Of a DNA stretch of 64,000 nt, positions 10,226 through 18,390 are shown piece after piece (position 1 is the stretch's first letter; each line of letters starts with the position of its first letter). This stretch comes from Candidatus Freyarchaeum deiterrae. Lineage in GTDB: Archaea > Asgardarchaeota > Jordiarchaeia > Jordiarchaeales > Jordiarchaeaceae. Location of the stretch: NCBI GenBank assembly GCA_037305845.1, contig CP147778.1, positions 2,624,001 to 2,688,000 on the forward strand. Direction: 5' to 3'. The position numbers and the translations under genes were made by a program. The notes below the pieces were generated by a model that worked only from the letters and a program-made list of their open reading frames with translations, had not been told where the DNA came from and made no database searches.

Positions 10226-10425
10226 ATTTAAAAGAACAAAAAGTAAGAGCGGTAAGAAGTCACTATAACTAAATCAGCGCTCTACAAGATTTGACTCTGG
10301 AAATACAGATTGGACTTCCTTTTTAGATAAAAGAGTATTCAATCAAGAGTGGTTTCTGTATGCTAAATACCTACTTTTATTATACTTTATATATGAGAGG
10401 TGAGTCTGGGGCTTCAGGGTAATGG

Positions 10426-10968
10426 TTATTTCCTTGCTCCTTTCTGGACTGGTGCTTGCTTCAATTTTTTCTTTAGGGCTTCTATGGCTCCGCCTTCTTT
10501 TATGATTTCCATGAGGAAATCTGGGAGTTTCGTTCCTTGGAACTCTTCGTGGGTTCTGAGGTTTCTGATTATTCCTTCTTCGAGTTCGATTTCTATAGTG
10601 TCTCCTTCCTCGAATTTTTGTGTGGCGTCTTTGCACTCTATGAGCGGTATTCCGAGATTTATGGCGTTTCTGTAGAATATTCTCGCGTAGAAATCTGCAA
10701 CTATGGCGCTTACTCCTAGTCTTTTTAGGACATAGGGGGCTTCCTCTCGGCTTGAGCCGCATCCGAAGTTTTTGCCAGCGACGATAATGTCTCCCGGCTT
10801 CACATTTTTCGCGAATCTGGGGTTAACCATCTCCATGGCGTGGCTTGCCAGTTTGTCCTGGTCTCTTATGGTTAGGTAGGGGCCGGCGATAATTACGTCA
10901 GTATCAATATTGTCTCCGAATTTCCAAACCTTTCCTCGAATAACTTTGCTCATAAACATTCTCTCCAT
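10426..10968 (-). CDS. leuD: 3-isopropylmalate dehydratase/homoaconitase small subunit
   Basis: FGDNIDTD, NFGCGSSREEA, ARIFYRNAINLG. Confidence 0.93.
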   Translation of the reverse strand: MERMFMSKVIRGKVWKFGDNIDTDVIIAGPYLTIRDQDKLASHAMEMVNPRFAKNVKPGDIIVAGKNFGCGSSREEAPYVLKRLGVSAIVADFYARIFYRNAINLGIPLIECKDATQKFEEGDTIEIELEEGIIRNLRTHEEFQGTKLPDFLMEIIKEGGAIEALKKKLKQAPVQKGARK

Positions 10969-11003
10969 TAGTTTAACTTCATAAATTTGCTTTTCCGTTA
11001 TTA

Positions 11004-12308
11004 TTATTGTGCTTGTTGTTTAACTTTTCTGGGGTCGGTTATTTCGCCCTTTACTGCTGAGGCGGCGACTGTTAGTGGGGATGCTAGGTAAACCTTGCTG
11101 TCTTTGCTGCCCATTCTTCCTATGAAGTTTCTGTTTGAGGAGGATATACAGACCTCTCCGGGTCCCAGTAAGCCGGAGCTTCCTCCGATACAGGGTCCAC
11201 AGTGTGGGTTGCAGATCACGTTTCCTGCGTCCATGAATATGTCTAGGAGTCCTTCGTGCATCGCTTGGGTGTAGACTTCTCGGGAGGCGGGAATAACTAT
11301 TCCTTTTACTTCTCTGGGAATTTTTTTGCCTTTCATAATTTTTGCTGCTGCCCTTAGGTCTTCTATTCTGCCGTTTGTGCATGAGCCTAGGAATGCTTGG
11401 TTTATTTTGATTCCCTCGACTTCTGAGACTGGAACCGAGTCTCCGGGGCTGGGGGGCATTGCTACTTGGGGTTCGAGGTTGGATACGTCCATTTTTATGA
11501 CTTCTTCGAAGTCGGCGTCTGGGTCGTTTTTCACCACTTTGAATTTTTCCTCTGTTCGAGACTTGACCCACTCGACGGTTTTTTCGTCGGGTTCAATTAT
11601 TCCAGCCTTGGCTCCAGCTTCTATAGCCATGTTGCTCAGGGTGAATCTTCCGTCAACACTCAATTCTCGGACAGCTTCTCCAGCGTATTCCATGGTTTTG
11701 TAGGTGGCTCCTTCCACTCCTATGTCTCCTATTATCCTGAGAATGATGTCTTTGCCCATAATGCATCTCGGAATTTTGCCCGAAATCTCAAACTTCATGG
11801 TGGCTGGAACCTTAAACCACAACTCTCCAGTAGCGAGAACCATAGCCATATCAGTGGAACCTATACCGGTACTGAAGGCTCCGAGGGCACCATAAGTCGT
11901 GGTATGAGAGTCGCTCCCAACAATGAGGTCTCCTGGCTTTACGAAGCCCATCTGGGGGAACACCACATGGCAGATTCCCTCACGCATCCCTAGCCAGTTA
12001 TCAATATTGTACTTGTCCACAAATTCCTGGCACTTCTGATGGATAATAGCCTCATCCACTGTTCCCGCAGGAGTCCAGTGGTCTATTAGTGCCACTACCC
12101 GATTCGCGTCCCACACATGATCCAAGCCCAGTTCATCGTAAATCTGGGCGATGCGCAGTCCGGTCAACCCTTAGCATGAGGAGGGCTGATTTCCGAGCAT
12201 CTCGTGTACCATGACGCGGTCAATCGTGGCGTTTACAATGTCTCCGGGCTCAACCTTCTTGTTTCCGGAGTGGCTAGCCAAAATCTTCTCCGAAATTGTC
12301 ATTCCCAT
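11004..12308 (-). CDS. leuC: 3-isopropylmalate dehydratase/homoaconitase large subunit, two exons (12308-12191 and 12157-11004), 423 aa after splicing
   Basis: N-terminus [13 protein letters not shown] from ATG 12308 is in frame with the downstream ORF (GICH, DSHT, GSCTNGR, CGPC, SNRNF) but interrupted by TAA at 12173-12171 inside a 33-nt insert. Confidence 0.9.
12158..12190 (-). other. Candidate 33-nt archaeal bulge-helix-bulge intron in leuC mRNA
   Basis: mRNA reads GAUGC-UCGG-AA^A-UCAGCCCU-(10-nt loop)-AGGGUUGA-CCGG-AC^U-GCGCAUC: a 4-bp central helix with two 3-nt bulges. Cleavage after bulge nt 2 on each strand removes the stop and restores the frame. Confidence 0.85.
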
Positions 12309-12446
12309 AAATCAAATCCTCCAAAAGATAACAATCCAATCAATTACCTACAACACTACTACTCCAATCATAATAATTTTGCATTGAGAACAAGTAACTT
12401 ATTCCCGCATGCTTTTTTTATTTTTTCATCATAGCTCCAAATTCTC

Positions 12447-13574
12447 TTAAGATTTTTCAATTTTTTGCACTACTGCGTCTCCAACCTCTGAGGTGGTACT
12501 CGGGGTTATACCGCTGTACTTTCCGTAGCATAAATCTGGTGTTCTAATACTCTCCTCACTCAGAACGCTGGCGACGGCTTCTTCTATTTTAGCGGCTGCT
12601 CTTTCGCACGCTTTATCATTGTGCTTTAGAGCTAACCATTCGAGCATCATTTTTCCGGAAAGGATGGAACCTATTGGGTTCGCTTTGTTTTGACCCGCTA
12701 TATCGGGTGCGCTGCCGTGAACTGGTTCAAACATCCCGTGTTTCTCACCGATATTCCCGCTGGGAGCCATACCCATTCCACCGATTAGTACTGAGGAAAG
12801 GTCGGATAGTACATCGCCCATGAAATTCGATGTCACCACTACATCATAATGTTCAGGTGTTCTAATCATCCACTGGGTCATGGCGTCAACGAACACGTAG
12901 TCTCTCTGAACCTTCCCATAGCTTCCTGCTACTTCGTCGTAAATTTTTCTGAAGAATCTGCATCCGTCCAACACGTTGCTCTTATCAACGCAGGTCACAC
13001 GATTCTTACCGTCGCTGGGGGCACCGTTACGCCTCAGGCATAATTCAAAAGCGTAACGAATAATCCGTTCAGCTCCCTTTCGGGTAATCACTCTGACATC
13101 GATAGCAAGTTCATCAAGTCCTCCCCTGCTCAGCATGCCTCTGATGGGTACGTAAAGCCCCTCGGTGTTCTCCCTGACCACCATGAAGTCCACATCTTTG
13201 GGACCCTTGTCCAGAATTCGAGACTCAATTCCCTCGAACAACTTGGCGGGTCTTAAATTAACATAGAGATCCAAATCAAACCTCATACCCAGCAAAATGT
13301 CTATACCCGCAAGAACACCGTTAGGCTTGACTGCTCCGGGGTACCCTATGGCTCCGAAAAGAATAGCGTCGTTATTCTTGCAGGCCTCCCAGGCTTCGTC
13401 AGGCCACTCCTTTCCACTCTCCAGGTAGTACTTGCCGCCGCACGGGTACTCCTCAAAATCGTAATCAAAACCGGTGACCGCGTCTCGGGCAGCCTCCAGA
13501 ACCTTGACGGTTTCCGGAACAACTTCTCTGCCTACTCCATCACCGGGAAGAACCACAATCTTGTATGCCCTCAT
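12447..13574 (-). CDS. leuB: Isopropylmalate/isocitrate/tartrate dehydrogenase family
   Basis: LPGDGVG, VRENTEGLY, DKSNV, NFMGDVLSD, FEPVHGSAPDIAG..ANP; adjacent to leuCD. Confidence 0.85.
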   Translation of the reverse strand: MRAYKIVVLPGDGVGREVVPETVKVLEAARDAVTGFDYDFEEYPCGGKYYLESGKEWPDEAWEACKNNDAILFGAIGYPGAVKPNGVLAGIDILLGMRFDLDLYVNLRPAKLFEGIESRILDKGPKDVDFMVVRENTEGLYVPIRGMLSRGGLDELAIDVRVITRKGAERIIRYAFELCLRRNGAPSDGKNRVTCVDKSNVLDGCRFFRKIYDEVAGSYGKVQRDYVFVDAMTQWMIRTPEHYDVVVTSNFMGDVLSDLSSVLIGGMGMAPSGNIGEKHGMFEPVHGSAPDIAGQNKANPIGSILSGKMMLEWLALKHNDKACERAAAKIEEAVASVLSEESIRTPDLCYGKYSGITPSTTSEVGDAVVQKIEKS

Positions 13575-13710
13575 CAAAATTATTCCTCCGTAGGGAAGGA
13601 AACGAAATCGTTGACATATAAGCGTTATGTTCAACTGATTTTAACCTTAATCCTAAAAACCGGGGACGCTCAATAAATTATTCCTGACGGGAAGGTTGAA
13701 CATTGCATGA

Positions 13711-14643
13711 TTAATTAGAACTACTTTTCTGGAGGAGGGAGTATCCTTCCAGTTTGTTTCCTTCGATTATGTTAGCCATGCGTAGAACGTTAATCGCTCT
13801 GCGGGTTTCAATACTGTTGACCTTCTCAATCTTCTTGCTGCAGGTCTCCCAAATCTTCAACTCGTCAACTCTCTCATTTTTAGACAGAAGTTCAGAAATG
13901 CACAACATACAGAATAGCACAGTTTCAAAGGACTTGACCCTTTGGGTGACATCAACTCCCTTATGGGTCAGTTTGTGATAAATGTGGAACATATTCTGGG
14001 GAGCGGGCTCGGGACCTGCGTATTCCACCACCCCCAACCTCATGAGTTCTGACATCCGTGAATAAATGGAACTCTCCTTCTGTCCCTTAACTCGAGCAAT
14101 GTCCGCGGGAGAAATCGGCTTCTTACCCATAATCTTAACAATTTTTTTCAGGTAACCGGGCAACTGGTCGAAATCCAGCTTAACATCGTTCCTGAGTTTG
14201 TAGTGAATCTTAACTGTTTTCACAAGCCCCATCTCTCGGAGCTTCTCCAACTGGGACCAACCAGTACGCCTACTAACACCCAAAAAACGCATCAGCTGCA
14301 TATTGGTCTTAGGGTTCTCCAATGCTAACAGGTAGCGCAGCTTACCATACAATTTTAAACAATCAATATCACCAAACAAGTCCATAGCCAAAAAACCGAG
14401 CGGAGTCAAAACAAAATCACCATTAGCTGCCGCTATAAATCCCGATTTAGTAAGGGGCTCCAGATACCTTTTCTGAAACTTGGAGGCAAAATCGCGCTCA
14501 AAGCCAAGCCTCTCCATTAAGGTGTTAGAGTTCAGTCTCTTATTCTCAAAGAGTAAATTCATTAACGCTTGGCGATTCTTGCTTGCCAATGCCCCTATGG
14601 CTTTTTCTACTCCAGCTCGTTCAACGCTCAACGAATTCACCAT
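13711..14643 (-). CDS. Multi-winged-helix DNA-binding protein
   Basis: Several tandem wHTH-like segments (LEPLTKSGFI, LEKLREMGLV, MSELMRLGVV, INVLRMANII). Confidence 0.7.
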   Translation of the reverse strand: MVNSLSVERAGVEKAIGALASKNRQALMNLLFENKRLNSNTLMERLGFERDFASKFQKRYLEPLTKSGFIAAANGDFVLTPLGFLAMDLFGDIDCLKLYGKLRYLLALENPKTNMQLMRFLGVSRRTGWSQLEKLREMGLVKTVKIHYKLRNDVKLDFDQLPGYLKKIVKIMGKKPISPADIARVKGQKESSIYSRMSELMRLGVVEYAGPEPAPQNMFHIYHKLTHKGVDVTQRVKSFETVLFCMLCISELLSKNERVDELKIWETCSKKIEKVNSIETRRAINVLRMANIIEGNKLEGYSLLQKSSSN

Positions 14644-14716
14644 CTAAATAATAAACAGGAAAATTACTACAGAAAAATGATAAATAAAGAAAGGAAAAAA
14701 GTGGGGAAATAGTTTA

Positions 14717-15985
14717 CTAAAGCAATGAATTCAGGAGCTCAATTAGCTCATAGATTTCCAGCTTGCTGCCGCTATCTTTTATGCCGTCTCTAAGGTTGAG
14801 GAAACAGAACGGACACGAGGTGACTATTGCTTCGGCTCCCGTTGCTTCGGCTTCCTTAATTCTCTCTTTCGCAGTTTCTAGAGCTAGCTCTGGGTACTGG
14901 GTTTTGACACCTCCACCCGCACCGCAGCACCAAGTGTTGTCTTTGATTCTGTACATTTCTACGAACTTTATGCCAGGAATTTGGGTAAGTACGTATCTTG
15001 GGAGTTCATACCATGCTTCCTTCTCTTTCTCTATTGCTCTGGTATCTACTAGCCAGTTCTTGCTCTGCTCTAACCGTGTCTTCTCTATGTTGTCTGCGAT
15101 GTGTCTCGTTAGGTGGCAGGGGTCGTGCCAGGTGACTGTCTTGTTGAACTCCTTCGTTATTTTGAGTTTTCCTTGTTTCATCAAGTCTGCTACATACTCT
15201 ACTGTGTGTACGGGTTTGAAGGGTAGTGGTTTTCCCGAGTATTTCGGATAGTCTACCTTAATTGTTCTGTAACATCCGGCGCAGCTGAAAACTACTGTTT
15301 TGTATTTGCTGAATGTTTTAATATTCTGCTCCATAACTCTAGTTGCATCATCGAGCTGTCCGGTTCTGAACAGTGGTGAGCCGCAGCATACTTCATCTTC
15401 TAGTATGGCTATTGGTTCTCCAATTTTGCTAAACAGACTTGCCGTTGCTTCGGCTACGTTTTTGATTCTGTAAGAGCCGGTACATCCCACGAAGTAGGCG
15501 GTTTTAGCGGTTTGAGTCTTCTTTCCCTTGAACCAACTGGTTCTTGTTGCGTGTGGTTCATTGTATGGGTTGTTCTTCTCCTTTATGCTTTTGGCTAGCC
15601 CCGCAGTCTTCGGTGCTAGTTCTACACCTTTTTCTACCAGTGTAGCTCTTAGGGCTTCAATAACATCGACGGTAGGAATCTTGTTTTCACATTGTGCTGC
15701 GCAGTTTCCGCAGGTGGTGCACTGGTATATTATGTCTCTCATTGCTTCATCCGGTACCAGGTCCTCTTCTAAAACGGCTCTAGCCATCCACATTTTCCCA
15801 GAGTTGTAAAAGCCTTCCCACTGCTTGCTCTTTCCAGCTGGGCACCCTGTTACTATACCCTCATAGAGGGTGCCTTCATGCTCACCTATGCCTTCTTTGT
15901 CCGGTTCACCCGAAAACGCGAATCTGCAAGCTCCACAGTGAATGCATCGGTAGATTTGTTTTTTCATACTTTCTAATCTTTCCAT
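14717..15985 (-). CDS. Fe-S oxidoreductase, GlcF/HdrD-like (4Fe-4S + two CCG domains)
   Basis: CIHCGAC, CTTCGNCAAQC, CCGSP, HDPCH, CCGAGGG, SCPFC. Confidence 0.92.
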   Translation of the reverse strand: MERLESMKKQIYRCIHCGACRFAFSGEPDKEGIGEHEGTLYEGIVTGCPAGKSKQWEGFYNSGKMWMARAVLEEDLVPDEAMRDIIYQCTTCGNCAAQCENKIPTVDVIEALRATLVEKGVELAPKTAGLAKSIKEKNNPYNEPHATRTSWFKGKKTQTAKTAYFVGCTGSYRIKNVAEATASLFSKIGEPIAILEDEVCCGSPLFRTGQLDDATRVMEQNIKTFSKYKTVVFSCAGCYRTIKVDYPKYSGKPLPFKPVHTVEYVADLMKQGKLKITKEFNKTVTWHDPCHLTRHIADNIEKTRLEQSKNWLVDTRAIEKEKEAWYELPRYVLTQIPGIKFVEMYRIKDNTWCCGAGGGVKTQYPELALETAKERIKEAEATGAEAIVTSCPFCFLNLRDGIKDSGSKLEIYELIELLNSLL

Positions 15986-15997
15986 TTTATTAACCTC

Positions 15998-17476
15998 CTA
16001 AGGAATCGAGAGTCTTCCAGGATGCATGATGTAGTTTGGATCCCATATCGCCCTTATCTGCTTGAGAATCCTATGATAGGTCTCTGCTTTGGCATACATC
16101 AGTGGGGCGTGCACGTATGGGTCTGGCCTGTACTCCACCCAACCCTTCTCAAGGAATATCTCAGTGGTTTCACGGTTTAACTTTTGGACTTCTTCCATGC
16201 TTTCTGGTTTAGTGGCATCGTAGCATATTATTGGCATGCATATGGCTTCCCGGGCATGATCTATGCTCGCCACCCACATGACTGGTGGGAATCCATGTTC
16301 AACCATTTTCTCGTTGTAGATTTCGGAGAACTCAGCGCAGTCCTTCCAGGGCGTGTACCAAGTGATGAACAGAAACCCTGCATTCCAGAGCGAGTATGGA
16401 ATAGCGATCTTGTTAGGCTTCTTTAGCCTGCTTGCTATCTGCTTGGGGTGAAGCATCTGTTGCGGTAGCTTATGGCCAGTTTTAACCTCATAATCCTTCA
16501 TAATTTCATCAATTCTCTTAGTTACAAAGTCCAACTCCTCTTGAGTGTACGCCCAAACCTCAAAGTTCATCCACCACTCAGAAATACCCATCTTCTTATA
16601 GGCTTCATAGTCAGTAGGAACCTTATCCTGTGGCCATCTTGCCATAACCAGAGGCCAGTTTCCTCCCTGAACCATAACACAGTGATCTGATATACCCATT
16701 TCGTACTTGGATACTTCGAGTGTTGCGTCCTGCATATCGTATGGGTTGTCCATTCCGTAGGCCACTACTGTTTTGAAGTGTGGATGAGGAACGATTTTAA
16801 CAGCGGCTTTGGTGATGACTCCCATTGTTCCCTGAGCACCTAAGAACAAGCCGCCAATGTCTGGTCCGGGACCCCACTTGTAGAACGGTTTCGCTCCGGG
16901 TAAGGCCCAGCTTCCGGTATAAATCACGTCACCCGAAGGTACTACAATTTCTGCACTCATTACCATGTCTGCCTGGGGGCCGTATCTGCCGGTCACCATG
17001 CTGAATCCTCTTTCTAGTGCGTCACCTAACACCGTTGCTGCTGGTGGTGCGCCGTCAGGCACTGGTGGTGCCCATTCCGGGTAGTTTTTTCTGAAGTAGG
17101 CCCATATTGTTCCGCTTCGCACTCCGGGTTCGACCACCATGTATCTGCAGTCTGTGTCAACCTCTATGATTCGATCCATTCTTGACATGTCGAGCAGTAT
17201 CCCGCTGGGGGATATAAGTGGTGAAGCGAATCCTCCGCTTAGCCCTCCGGCTACTGGGGTTACCGGGTTTTTGTTTTCGTTGGCTAGCATGAGTACTTGT
17301 CGGACTTCTTCCACATTCTTCGGGCGTACTATTACTTCCGCCGGTGTGGATTCTAGGCCCATAATTCCCTTCGAAACATAAGCGTAGCGCATTGGAACGC
17401 TGTCATTGACATATTCTTTTCCGACAATGTTTCCTAATGCTTCAACTATTTCCTTCGTTACTGGATTATAACTCAT
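15998..17476 (-). CDS. FAD-binding oxidoreductase (GlcD/VAO-PCMH family)
   Basis: FAD_binding_4 features (VEPGV, GAQGTMGVIT); C-terminal DPNYIMHPG; co-oriented with the CCG protein. Confidence 0.9.
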   Translation of the reverse strand: MSYNPVTKEIVEALGNIVGKEYVNDSVPMRYAYVSKGIMGLESTPAEVIVRPKNVEEVRQVLMLANENKNPVTPVAGGLSGGFASPLISPSGILLDMSRMDRIIEVDTDCRYMVVEPGVRSGTIWAYFRKNYPEWAPPVPDGAPPAATVLGDALERGFSMVTGRYGPQADMVMSAEIVVPSGDVIYTGSWALPGAKPFYKWGPGPDIGGLFLGAQGTMGVITKAAVKIVPHPHFKTVVAYGMDNPYDMQDATLEVSKYEMGISDHCVMVQGGNWPLVMARWPQDKVPTDYEAYKKMGISEWWMNFEVWAYTQEELDFVTKRIDEIMKDYEVKTGHKLPQQMLHPKQIASRLKKPNKIAIPYSLWNAGFLFITWYTPWKDCAEFSEIYNEKMVEHGFPPVMWVASIDHAREAICMPIICYDATKPESMEEVQKLNRETTEIFLEKGWVEYRPDPYVHAPLMYAKAETYHRILKQIRAIWDPNYIMHPGRLSIP

Positions 17477-17870
17477 TTCATTTCCTCCACGCGTGTTTGT
17501 TGCTATGTGGGAAACGGGTTACGTTTTACTGACATTATTTATTAATATTTTGCCAACATTGCTACATTAGACATACTGTTGCTTCTGAAACTCGTTTAGT
17601 AATTTTTGAATTATGTTTTGTTCCTCTCTTATGGGGTGGGTTTCGTTTTACGCCATCGAAGTTTGGTGTAGTTAAAGACATTTTTATGTAATTTACTACA
17701 TCATGCTCCAAACGACAATAACTCTTAACGAATATAAAGTTTATCGCAAACCCACAGCCAAAATAATTGGCAATCAATTATTACAAAAGAAGCTCTCATA
17801 AAAGTACAGAGCCCTACGCTAAAAAATGCAAAGCAAATTCATTTTCAGTCATTTTATAGTCAACATATCT

Positions 17871-18194
17871 TCAAAGCACTCCTAGCCATTGCTCCTTTCC
17901 GTCCTCTGCGTAATGAACCGTAGACATTAATCTGTTCTCTTCTATCTGCTCATCTAGGTAGAGGCTTCTCAAAATTATTCTGTATGTTGTGCCACACTTG
18001 TTACACTTGATTTTGTAGGTCTTAATGTTCAGAATTTTGTTTCCGTCTTTTTCTGTCGTTTCCTGCCTATCTAGCAGTTCAAGTTCGTCTTCGTTTGGGT
18101 TACCGCATTTCATACATTCTCTAAGATTGAATCCCTCCATGCCTCGGTTCCCTACAGGAATATACGCTTTGCCAGGAAGATCTCCAACGCCCAT
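17871..18194 (-). CDS. Zn-ribbon hypothetical protein
   Basis: CMKC...CNKC pairs. Confidence 0.7.
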   Translation of the reverse strand: MGVGDLPGKAYIPVGNRGMEGFNLRECMKCGNPNEDELELLDRQETTEKDGNKILNIKTYKIKCNKCGTTYRIILRSLYLDEQIEENRLMSTVHYAEDGKEQWLGVL

Positions 18195-18390
18195 CTACTA
18201 TTCCCTCTAAATTTGGTGATTAAGCTCTTTTTGAAACACTCCATTCCTAATACTTATAACTATCGAGAAATCTCCCCCCTAGTTTCTTATCGATTAATTT
18301 TTTAATGGAAATGAAAATATTTCTGTTAGAAAAGTTAAAATCGGGATAGTATTTACTAGTTAATCTAAAGCGGTTTATGAAGAGGTTGAT

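Noticed and set aside
10343-11993. Arg/Lys-rich or Ser/Phe-rich overlapping ORFs around leuCD (and similar ones throughout the window)
   Set aside because: Shadow frames of well-supported genes, favoured by the local compositional skew.
11004-12167. leuC as a 387-aa ORF starting at TTG 12167, or as a simple pseudogene
   Set aside because: That start lies inside the insert and drops the conserved N-terminus. The precise BHB geometry and otherwise intact gene favour an intron.
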